Below, piece by piece: positions 46,788 through 55,525 of a stretch of DNA of 64,000 bases. Each line of letters opens with the position of its first letter. The stretch's first letter is position 1. A model generated the notes under the pieces. The model saw nothing but the letters and a program-made list of their open reading frames with translations. It did not search any database and was not told the origin of the DNA. Made by a program: the position numbers and the translations under genes. The stretch covers positions 22,780-86,779 of the forward strand of contig JBLGAF010000006.1 of assembly GCA_047612075.1 (NCBI GenBank), written 5' to 3'. Origin of the DNA: Oleispira sp. Its GTDB lineage: Bacteria; Pseudomonadota; Gammaproteobacteria; Pseudomonadales; Oceanobacteraceae.

Positions 46788-47636
46788 TTATAAATAATCA
46801 GATGTTTTCACTCCTTTCATTATTCGATCAAATATAGATAGAGCTTCTTCGACAGTGAAAAGTCCGCTCCGCACATTTGGCCAGAACTCTACTTCTGAAC
46901 GCCTTACAAATAGAGTTGCCCAGCGCGATAATTTAGCAACCGGAATAGTATCAACATCAAGTGCCGATAAGACAGAAAATCTATGCTTTCCTCCAATAGC
47001 GATCCAAACCCAATTATTCCCATCGATTAAAAACTCACCATGAATATGGCCATGCTTAGATGGCGCATAGCCTTCTTTAATAATTTTATTATTTACAGAC
47101 GTTAGTCGCTGAAACTCTAATTCACCATGATCAGTTGAAATGGGTCCAAAAAATTGACATCCATAATTTTCCGCAGGATTTAATCCATGCTTGTGAGCTT
47201 CTTTAGATAATAATCGCGAATGACTACCTTCGATACAAAAACGTTCCATCCTCTGCTCAGGACTTGAGTAGCTCCAAGGCATAACCGTTGCCATTGCAGG
47301 ATAAGCCCTTAGACGACTTGACTCTACCTTTAATACATCAGCCATTGTTAAGGGCTGATAAGTTTCATAATATTGAAATAAAGTTGAGTTTTCATAAACA
47401 TGATTTTGTTGATTGTACTGCTGTAATGTTTCGCAAAAAGGATGCTCTTGAGGTAAAAAACCCAATATATAAGAACGACATCTTTGCAAAGGAACTTCTA
47501 TAATATCACCATTAAACCCACTGTATTCGATGTCTAAAGGATGACTTCCAATAGAGACTAAATCAAAGGGCTTTACTGCTTTTAAATTCTTACTAAATAT
47601 TTTTTTAAATATAGTTTTCAAATTAGATCTCAACAA
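46788..47636 (-). CDS. Hypothetical protein with ParB/sulfiredoxin-like motif
   Basis: 282-aa ORF; 'LTSV...I..EGY.P...WIAIGGKHRFSVLSALDVDTIPV'; start uncertain. Confidence 0.6.
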   Translation of the reverse strand: MLRSNLKTIFKKIFSKNLKAVKPFDLVSIGSHPLDIEYSGFNGDIIEVPLQRCRSYILGFLPQEHPFCETLQQYNQQNHVYENSTLFQYYETYQPLTMADVLKVESSRLRAYPAMATVMPWSYSSPEQRMERFCIEGSHSRLLSKEAHKHGLNPAENYGCQFFGPISTDHGELEFQRLTSVNNKIIKEGYAPSKHGHIHGEFLIDGNNWVWIAIGGKHRFSVLSALDVDTIPVAKLSRWATLFVRRSEVEFWPNVRSGLFTVEEALSIFDRIMKGVKTSDYL

Positions 47637-47923
47637 CCTCTGCCTTTGATCAATTTACAGGAATTATTTTTTATTAAAGGACTGTAATTGAATTATTAAT
47701 AACTAAGTTTATGGCAATAAACACAAAAGGGGTAGTACTACTTATCTTATTAGCCTTCCTCTATATTTTTAGCATGCATTCATAAAGTACTTACATACTT
47801 AAGCAAGGGACGAATACCAACAAAGATCCTGTTATAGCATTTGTCATTCAACATTTACACTCTTTACAATGTAGACTGTATATCAATAAAAATGCTTATT
47901 AAGCAACATTAGCGAGTATATTT

Positions 47924-49198
47924 TTGAATATTTTAATTATTGGTTATGTATGGCCAGAGCCTAATTCCTCTGCAGCTGGAAGCCGGATGATGCAGTTAAT
48001 CGCCGCCATGCGCGCACAAGACTGGCAAGTAACCTTCGCTAGTCCTGCACAATTAAGCGAGCACATGGCCGATTTAGCAGAACATGACGTACTTTGCCAA
48101 GAAATTGAGTTAAATAACGAAAGTTTTGACCATTACATTACTGCATTAAATCCCAACATCGTTATTTTTGATCGCTTTATGATGGAGGAGCAGTTTGGCT
48201 GGCGAGTCGAAAAGTTCTGTCCGGACGCTTTACGGGTTTTAAATACCGAAGACTTACACAGCCTAAGAGAAGCTCGACAAAACGCCATAAAAAAAGGGCA
48301 TATTGTTGATATTTCTCAGCCTGCTGAAATCAAACAGTACTTACACAGCGACCTTGCGATAAGAGAAGTGGCGGCCATTTTCCGAAGCGACCTTATCTTG
48401 ATGATCTCGTCGGTAGAAATAGCACTTTTAATTGAACATTTCCAGGTCCCTGAGCAGCAACTGCTATATTTACCTTTTATGCTATCACCGTTAAAAGATG
48501 ACGACATACAGCAGCTGCCAAGTTTTGCCGAGAGAGCTCATTTTATTAGTATGGGTAATTTTCGTCATGCGCCAAACTGGGATGTAGTATTGCAATTAAA
48601 ACAACACATCTGGCCGCTAATTCGGCAGCAACTACCAAAAGCTGAAATGCATATTTATGGGGCTTACCCGCCGCCTAAAGCGACACAACTGCACAATGCA
48701 AAGCAAGGTTTTCATATAAAAGGCTGGGCAGATGATGCTAAAGCCGTGTTTAAAAATGCCCGTATTTTATTAGCCCCTATTCGCTTTGGTGCAGGAATAA
48801 AGGGCAAGTTTAGCGATGCTATGGCGTGTGGTACACCCAGCATTACCACCAGCATCGGCGCTGAAGGTATGATTGACTGCGAAGGCCTCAACTGGAGCGG
48901 AGAAATCATTTTATTAGAAGAGATGATGAACGATTCGCAAGCATTCGCCGATGCGGCTGTTACAGCGTATCAAGACGAATCAGCTTATCGAAAATATCAA
49001 CAAAATGGATTTCAAATTTTAAACCAGCAGTACGATAAAAACTACTGGCAAGGACAACTCATTTCTCGATTAATAAGCCAAAGCGAATCATTGCCCGCCC
49101 TTAGACAGGATAACTTTTTCAGCTTAATGCTGCGCCATCATTCGATGAAAAGTACGCAGTATATGGCGCAGTGGATTGAGGCTAAAAATAAAGATTAG
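47924..49198 (+). CDS. GT4-like glycosyltransferase
   Basis: 'GYVWPEPNSSAAG.R','GNFRHAPN.D','LAPIRFGAGIKGK','TTSIGAEGM'; TTG start. Confidence 0.85.
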   Translation: MNILIIGYVWPEPNSSAAGSRMMQLIAAMRAQDWQVTFASPAQLSEHMADLAEHDVLCQEIELNNESFDHYITALNPNIVIFDRFMMEEQFGWRVEKFCPDALRVLNTEDLHSLREARQNAIKKGHIVDISQPAEIKQYLHSDLAIREVAAIFRSDLILMISSVEIALLIEHFQVPEQQLLYLPFMLSPLKDDDIQQLPSFAERAHFISMGNFRHAPNWDVVLQLKQHIWPLIRQQLPKAEMHIYGAYPPPKATQLHNAKQGFHIKGWADDAKAVFKNARILLAPIRFGAGIKGKFSDAMACGTPSITTSIGAEGMIDCEGLNWSGEIILLEEMMNDSQAFADAAVTAYQDESAYRKYQQNGFQILNQQYDKNYWQGQLISRLISQSESLPALRQDNFFSLMLRHHSMKSTQYMAQWIEAKNKD

Positions 49199-49227
49199 TC
49201 ACAATTTCAGTTAGCCTTGTACCCTTT

Positions 49228-50424
49228 TTACACTGTCACTTGAATGGCTTTAATCACCGCCAGCGCTTTACGACAGGCATGACCTACTTCCGTGCCTCGG
49301 GCTAAAGCGACGCCCATTCGGCGCTGGCCTGAAACGTTAGGTTTACCGAATAATCTTAACTGGGTATTAATTTCAGCCAACGCCTTATCAAGCCCCGAAT
49401 AACAAATATTATTAGAGTCTCCCGCCACCAATAAAACAGCGGAAGCCGAAGGGCCGTGCTGGACAATATTAGGAATGGGTAAGCCCAAAATAGCGCGCAC
49501 ATGTAACGCAAACTCGGAAAGATCTTGTGAAATTAACGTCACCAACCCTGTATCGTGGGGACGCGGAGAGACTTCACTAAAAATAACGTCATCACCTTTA
49601 ATGAATAATTCAACCCCAAATAAGCCACGACCACCCAACTCAGTCGTCACTTTTTCTGACATGGCTTGCGCACGTTTTAACGCTTTCTCAGACATCGCTT
49701 GTGGCTGCCAAGATTCTTGATAATCTCCATTTTTTTGACGATGACCAATAGGCTTACAATAACTGGTGACCAGTTGACCTTTTCCATTTTTGTGACGGAT
49801 CGTTAATAAGGTTATTTCATAATCAAAATCAACAAACCCTTCAACAATGACTTTACCCGCCCCTGCTCGACCACCTTCTTGAGCATAATCCCAAGCCGCA
49901 TCTATTTCACTGTCTTCTTTTAAGGTACTTTGCCCCTTGCCTGAAGAGCTCATTATTGGTTTAACCACGCAAGGCATACCAATGCTCTTAACCGCTGCAA
50001 AAAAATCGTCTTTATTATCAGCAAAGATATAGCTCGATGTTGGAATCTCTAATGTTTCTGCCGCTAAGCGTCGAATACCTTCACGATTCATCGTTAGCTG
50101 AGTAGCACGGGCAGATGGCACAATATTAAATCCTTGCCGCTCTAAATCAGCAAGAGTATCAGTCGCAATCGCTTCGATTTCAGGAATAATATAATCAGGC
50201 TGCTCGTCTTTAATAATTTTTTCTAACGCCGCGCCATCCAGCATACTTAGAGTATAACTACGATCGGCAACCTGCATAGCAGGGGCGTTGTCATAACGGT
50301 CTAATGCAATCACTTCACAGCCTAAGCGTTTAAATTCAATCGCTACTTCTTTACCCAACTCTCCTGCTCCGCATAACAAAACTTTTGTGGCCGAAGGTGA
50401 GAACGGTGTTCCTAAAACTGTCAT
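49228..50424 (-). CDS. purT: Formate-dependent phosphoribosylglycinamide formyltransferase
   Basis: 'GAGELGKE','[12 protein letters not shown]','MSSSGKGQS','[10 protein letters not shown]','RRMGVALA'. Confidence 0.97.
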   Translation of the reverse strand: MTVLGTPFSPSATKVLLCGAGELGKEVAIEFKRLGCEVIALDRYDNAPAMQVADRSYTLSMLDGAALEKIIKDEQPDYIIPEIEAIATDTLADLERQGFNIVPSARATQLTMNREGIRRLAAETLEIPTSSYIFADNKDDFFAAVKSIGMPCVVKPIMSSSGKGQSTLKEDSEIDAAWDYAQEGGRAGAGKVIVEGFVDFDYEITLLTIRHKNGKGQLVTSYCKPIGHRQKNGDYQESWQPQAMSEKALKRAQAMSEKVTTELGGRGLFGVELFIKGDDVIFSEVSPRPHDTGLVTLISQDLSEFALHVRAILGLPIPNIVQHGPSASAVLLVAGDSNNICYSGLDKALAEINTQLRLFGKPNVSGQRRMGVALARGTEVGHACRKALAVIKAIQVTV

Positions 50425-50479
50425 AATAAATCCTAATATTTAGAGCTCTATTGAATAAGTGAAGAACCTATAAAACAGA

Positions 50480-50707
50480 TTAAAATTTCATCATATTGCC
50501 GCTATCTTGCTCTCGCTCAGCGACCTTTTCCATGACGTCTGTTCGCTGTTCATTGTTCATCGCACCCCATTGGCAGATTTCATCACAACTGCGATAACAC
50601 CCAAGACAAATATCTTTCTCGTCTAAACAGCAAATACTCACGCAAGGCGACTTAACCGCCTGAATTGCTGGGTTAGCTTTAAAGATTTGCTTATTTATAT
50701 CGTCCAC
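50480..50707 (-). CDS. DUF1289 small Cys-rich protein
   Basis: 'SPCVSIC......C.GC.R...EI..W'. Confidence 0.88.
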   Translation of the reverse strand: MDDINKQIFKANPAIQAVKSPCVSICCLDEKDICLGCYRSCDEICQWGAMNNEQRTDVMEKVAEREQDSGNMMKF

Positions 50708-50718
50708 AAAAAGCCCTT

Positions 50719-51282
50719 CTATTTTGTTAATGGCTCGTTGGTTGCGAGCATTACATCTTCTATATTTAACGGGGTTAATTCTTTGGCATAGCGTTGTCCA
50801 TTTTGTACATAATGATACGCCCCAAGTTCTAACATCTTTTGTTGCTGCTCTGACAATTGACGCTTTATCACTGCAGGCGATCCTACGACCAATGAGCCAT
50901 CCGGAATTTCCATCTTTTCAGGAATAAAAGTATTAGCACCGATTAAGCAATGATTGCCAATTTTAGCGCCGTTAAGTACCACAGCGTTAATACCAATTAG
51001 GGTGAAATCGCCCACTTCACAGCCATGTACCATTGCGTTATGACCAATCGTCACCCCTTTTCCAAGCGTTAACTTAACCCCGGGATCAGTGTGCAATACC
51101 GCACCATCTTGCACGTTACTGTTTTCACCAATTGTAATTACATCATTATCACCCCGTATAACGCAATTAAACCAAACACTGGCATTCTCTTTTAATATCA
51201 CAGAGCCAATAATACTGGCACTGTCGGCAATAAAATGTGCGCCTTCAATAACAGGTTTACGCTCGCCTAGTTGGTATAACAT
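50719..51282 (-). CDS. Gamma carbonic anhydrase family protein
   Basis: Hexapeptide repeats,'RGD','NVQDGAVLH','[10 protein letters not shown]'. Confidence 0.92.
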   Translation of the reverse strand: MLYQLGERKPVIEGAHFIADSASIIGSVILKENASVWFNCVIRGDNDVITIGENSNVQDGAVLHTDPGVKLTLGKGVTIGHNAMVHGCEVGDFTLIGINAVVLNGAKIGNHCLIGANTFIPEKMEIPDGSLVVGSPAVIKRQLSEQQQKMLELGAYHYVQNGQRYAKELTPLNIEDVMLATNEPLTK

Positions 51283-51643
51283 AAGGTCTCTCTTAGTGTT
51301 TAGAGCGGGGGGACACAGAGTTCAAAATTGTATAGCGGCATCAATTTCTATTCGAAACATGACCAAAATCAAAGTGTAAGGCAATAGAACTTAATCGATA
51401 TTCAAATGCCTTGCAAGGAGGGTAACCAGCAATATACTGATCTTTATCGGTAAATATGTACCTTCGTTATCACCCACCTTTAACTAAGCTCCTTGGCTAA
51501 GCCTCTGTTATCCAGATAAACCTTTCGACAACGATCATATATACAAATAAACAGCTTTGAGATTGCTAAATTTCTTGCTGAGTGAAAATAATAATTTAGT
51601 TACATGGCCTTTGTTATAACCCACTTCCATGGATAGAACTTTT

Positions 51644-51874
51644 ATGAACCAACCAGACTTATCAAATATCAATACGTCGCATTTAAGAAATCGGATTGAT
51701 GCCATTTCGGCACAATTTATTAACATTACCCCCAATGCATCCAATACTCATTTGCACAAGGGTATTGATACCACACTGCCACCTGCTGGTTTACATGGAG
51801 CTTATGTGAATAACCGCCCTCTTCCAACAAAGGGCGTAAATGATCGAAAAGTTTATATTGTGGGAAGTGGTTTG
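51644..51874 (+). pseudogene. Oleate hydratase (MCRA family) N-terminal fragment
   Basis: 'TLPPAGLHGAYVNNRPLPTKGVNDRKVYIVGSGL' resembles the OhyA N-terminus up to the GxG FAD motif, then the frame runs into unrelated sequence. Confidence 0.7.
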
Positions 51875-51976
51875 AGAAATGGAACTAACCTACAAAAATT
51901 TCTGAGACTCTCTGCTGGAAATGACGTTATGCATACACCGTCCCTCCATCTTATACTTACAACAAAGCGCTATTGT

Positions 51977-52552
51977 TTAAAACCGAATAGCGATATTTGC
52001 ATCCAAATGATTATTTAACATCTCGGTGATCATCATTGCTGTCAAACCCCAAATGCGAAAGCCTTCATAATGAAAGCTAGGAATGGAAAAGGAACCTGCT
52101 TCAAAATAATCATGAGGCTCTGTTTCTAAGAAGAAACGTAAGGGCACTTTAAACACTGCATCCAGTTCGGCTAGATTAGCGGTGAAAGTAAGATTAGCAG
52201 GAATTATGCCGACAATCGGTGTAACAATATAACCAAAGCGAGAAACAACTTGGTCAAGATGACCAATAACCCTGACATCTTGAGATGCTAGGTCTATTTC
52301 TTCATACGCCTCACGTAATGCCGTAAATACAATATCAGGATCGGTATCGTCACGCTTACCACCCGCAAACGCAACCTCTCCACTGTGAGTATTCAGGTGA
52401 TCGGCACGTCGTGTTAATATAAGGTGCGGATCTAGCTCATCGGTTATCGCAATCAAAACGCCGGCCTCTAAAAGGCTGGGTTGATGGATAATACGGGCTT
52501 CATGCTGCTGCACGCTTCTGATTAACTGATTTAGGAGTGTATGATTGGTCAT
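51977..52552 (-). CDS. Nudix CoA pyrophosphatase (NudL-like)
   Basis: 'LILTRRA..L..HSGEVAFAGG','ALREAYEEI','IWGLTA'. Confidence 0.9.
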   Translation of the reverse strand: MTNHTLLNQLIRSVQQHEARIIHQPSLLEAGVLIAITDELDPHLILTRRADHLNTHSGEVAFAGGKRDDTDPDIVFTALREAYEEIDLASQDVRVIGHLDQVVSRFGYIVTPIVGIIPANLTFTANLAELDAVFKVPLRFFLETEPHDYFEAGSFSIPSFHYEGFRIWGLTAMMITEMLNNHLDANIAIRF

Positions 52553-52901
52553 TGATCTATTTTACGACTGATGCCTTTTGGAATACAGGAAAAAAGTAGT
52601 TATTTAAATATTGATAAAGAAGCATCACACAGGGTAAATCTTCTCTTTGGTGTGCGACTACACTTTTATACATCATTTATTATAGATTCAGTCATAGATT
52701 TTGACTATTAGTCAGGCAAAACACATACACATACATATTCAACTAATTAAATACTGACTTTCATTAGGATAACCGTCAGGTCTACTTCAAGACTCCAGTG
52801 AACTTGTTTTTCTCCTAGTCCTTACGTCGTTGTTCAGTAGAGAGCTTTGCTATGATAAGGTCATACTTCTTTTTTGCTAACGAGTTTCAGGAAGGCACAT
52901 A

Positions 52902-53327
52902 ATGCAGATTCATAAATTAACAGATAAATTAAGTGTCAGTCCACAGGTTGCACTGGAAGACATCGCTAAACTTTCAGCCCTTGGGTTTAAGTCGGTTATT
53001 TGTAATCGCCCAGAGAAAGAAAGTGACGACCAACCAGCGATGCTTGATGTTGAACAGGCAGTAAAAGCGGCGGGACTAACTTGGCAGCATCAGCCGGTCG
53101 TATCAGGAAAGATTAAAGATCAGGATGTAGAGGACTTTACTGAAATAATGGCGAAGCTACCTCAGCCCGTATTTGCATTTTGCCGAACCGGTACTCGCTG
53201 CTCAACTCTTTGGGCGCTGTCGCAAGCAAATGATATGTCTGTGGATGATATTTTGGGTGTTGCTGCCGAAGCTGGCTATAATTTAAGTGATCAACAAACT
53301 CGTATTGAAGCTTTATCACATCAATAA
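52902..53327 (+). CDS. TIGR01244/DUF442-type sulfur transferase-like protein
   Basis: 'SPQ','GFKSVICNRP..E','PVFAFCRTGTR'. Confidence 0.87.
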   Translation: MQIHKLTDKLSVSPQVALEDIAKLSALGFKSVICNRPEKESDDQPAMLDVEQAVKAAGLTWQHQPVVSGKIKDQDVEDFTEIMAKLPQPVFAFCRTGTRCSTLWALSQANDMSVDDILGVAAEAGYNLSDQQTRIEALSHQ

Positions 53328-53354
53328 GTCATTGTTAGTAAAACGGACATTAAA

Positions 53355-53927
53355 ATGAAGTTCTGCTCAGAATGCGCCCAACCCATTAGTCAATTAGTGC
53401 CTAAAGGTGATAATCGCCAACGTTATGTGTGTACTAGCTGCGATACAATTCACTATCAAAACCCTCGCATCGTGGCAGGAACACTGCCAACACACCAAGG
53501 CCAAGTTTTATTATGTAAGCGCGCAATCGAACCCAGAAAAGGGTATTGGACATTGCCTGCAGGGTTTATGGAAAATGGCGAGTCGACAGAGGAAGGCGCT
53601 TTACGTGAAACATTAGAAGAAGCCAATGCTAGGGTTAACAATCCTCGTTTATACAGCATGATTACCGTGCCTCATATTAACCAAGTCCATATATTTTTCC
53701 ATGGTGAACTGGCCGATCTAGACTTTTCATGCGGGCCAGAGAGCCTTGAAGTCCAACTGTTTGCAGAATCTGAGATTCCGTGGCAAGCACTGGCGTTCCC
53801 AACCACCAGCAAAACCTTGCAACAATTCTTTGCTGATCGCCAAAACATGCAGCAGGAGAGCTCAAATACACAACTCCCTACCCATGTATTTAATATTTCT
53901 GTAAAAGACCGACTAAAACTCAGCTAA
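53355..53927 (+). CDS. Zn-ribbon Nudix hydrolase
   Basis: 'MKFCSEC...C..C..IHYQNP','WTLPAGFMENGES..EGA.RETLEEA'. Confidence 0.9.
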   Translation: MKFCSECAQPISQLVPKGDNRQRYVCTSCDTIHYQNPRIVAGTLPTHQGQVLLCKRAIEPRKGYWTLPAGFMENGESTEEGALRETLEEANARVNNPRLYSMITVPHINQVHIFFHGELADLDFSCGPESLEVQLFAESEIPWQALAFPTTSKTLQQFFADRQNMQQESSNTQLPTHVFNISVKDRLKLS

Positions 53928-54242
53928 GCGCCACACATCATAAGCAGGCTCTTCATAAGGGTGTGCTTCTTTTAACGCTGAAACGGCAGCGTTAATCACA
54001 TAATCACTGCAGACCATTTCAATTCGGTATTCACTGACGGCTTCAATAACTGCGCTTTCGCCTGCAAACGGAGCGTCACCAATAAAAGGCTGAGATCCGG
54101 CTAAAGGCCTAAATTGCCCTTGACCTAGCACCTGCCAGCAACATTGATCATAGTGACCCATTTTACCCGCTCCGGTATTAAAGACAGCCGCTTTTACCTC
54201 TTCTGCTTTATCATAGGGAACATAAAATACAAGTTTAAACAT
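53913..54242 (-). CDS. NIF3-like/YqfO small protein
   Basis: 'GAG..G.YD.C','GQFRP','AHPYEEPAY'. Confidence 0.88.
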   Translation of the reverse strand: MFKLVFYVPYDKAEEVKAAVFNTGAGKMGHYDQCCWQVLGQGQFRPLAGSQPFIGDAPFAGESAVIEAVSEYRIEMVCSDYVINAAVSALKEAHPYEEPAYDVWRLAEF

Positions 54243-54263
54243 GCCGTAAGCCTCTATAGTGAA

Positions 54264-54515
54264 CTAACGAGTACTTGTCTCTAAATCAGTAAGAATAAGC
54301 ATTGCCTGCTCATTATTTGTTCCACACACCCATTCTTCGGCGCCAAAATCAGCACAGACTTTTGGTCGTTCAGGCTGACCAAACAATAAACATAAATTGT
54401 TCTCATCGAGCTGGATGCAACGCTGTCCTGCAGCTTTTCCCTCTGGCATTCCGGGAATCGCAGAAGATATTGAGGGTGAAATGCAGCAAGCGCCACAACC
54501 GAGACGACAGTTCAT
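54264..54515 (-). CDS. YkgJ-family cysteine cluster protein
   Basis: 'CR.GCGACCI.PSISS.IPGMP.GK','C..LD..N.C..F..PERP.VC'. Confidence 0.9.
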   Translation of the reverse strand: MNCRLGCGACCISPSISSAIPGMPEGKAAGQRCIQLDENNLCLLFGQPERPKVCADFGAEEWVCGTNNEQAMLILTDLETSTR

Positions 54516-54898
54516 ATTTGGGTTTTCCTAACCATATTTAATAGTGCCTTCTTCCTAATCTGTTCTACATAACGCTTTATTTTTAAGTGTAATCACTCAC
54601 GTTAATTAAGTGTGATTAATACCGACTAATTCTGTATTGCCGCGACTATATGCTTCTTTTGCATCTAAGACTGGGCTTGTCAAAGCATAGAGATTGATTT
54701 TATCACTGAATGTCTCCTGTTTTTTAAACACACACGTCAGTATCGCTTATGATTAATAACTTACTGTTGTTATTTGTTACCTGACGTCACGACCCTGCTG
54801 CATTATCCTGCTTTCTTTATTGAAGCTTTAAGATACAATGCGCTGCCATTAGGCCAGCCCTTGAGTGCCTAAAGAGTTTTTAGAAGAGAATAAAAATT

Positions 54899-55051
54899 AT
54901 GATCAATTCTGTTGCCGTTCAATATATGTCAAAAGAAGAAATTGAGCGTTTGATGTACAGTTTTAATGCCAGCAAGGACAATGAAGAAGCTCAAACGTTT
55001 GAAGCCTTGGTGCGCCGCTTATTAACCATCTTTGAAGAGCAAAACCGTTAA
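54899..55051 (+). CDS. Small hypothetical protein (50 aa, below ORF-track cutoff)
   Basis: MINSVAVQYMSKEEIERLMYSFNASKDNEEAQTFEALVRRLLTIFEEQNR*, purine-rich upstream GAAGAGAA. Confidence 0.45.
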   Translation: MINSVAVQYMSKEEIERLMYSFNASKDNEEAQTFEALVRRLLTIFEEQNR

Positions 55052-55072
55052 TAGTTCATTCACCGCCAACTA

Positions 55073-55462
55073 ATGCCTCTTCAACGAATACATCGCTCAC
55101 AAATACATCGAGAAAGACACTACCGATCACAATCGTTCATAACCATACTGACTGGCTCATAATCAATAAGCCTTCCGGCGTGAGCATGCAGCATGCAGCA
55201 TGAACAAGGTGATATCAGTACACTGAGCTTGCAGCCACTGGCTCTAGCTGAAATTAAAAAAATAGATCCGAGTATTCTTCGCCTTTGGCCCGTTCATCCC
55301 TTAGATGAGGCAACATCAGGACTGGTTATTTTTGCTAAGTCTGTTGCAACAGCCACATTTGGTCAATTATTTAGCCAACATAAGATAAAAAAACATTATT
55401 TAGCCATTGCACTCGGCAAGCCAAAAAAGAAACATCATTTTTCTCCTTTTAACGTGACGTAA
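55073..55462 (+). pseudogene. RluA-like pseudouridine synthase pseudogene
   Basis: 'ITIVHNHTDWLIINKPSGVSM' frameshifted by an AGCATGC duplication (55183-55202) into 'LWPVHPLDEATSGLVIFAKS' (HRLD changed to HPLD); truncated after 'KHYLAIALGKPKKK'. Confidence 0.85.
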
Positions 55463-55525
55463 TTACCAGACATAAACCACACTATTAGGTAAGTTATAAC
55501 TCTAATATTGAATCAGGTACTCCCA

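Noticed and set aside
51400-51540. Possible eroded regulator gene divergent from the oleate hydratase relic
   Set aside because: Multiple stops and no motif I can identify with confidence.
52553-52901. 350-nt intergenic region with a short ACAT/ACAC repeat
   Set aside because: Divergent promoter region; no supported RNA structure or ORF.
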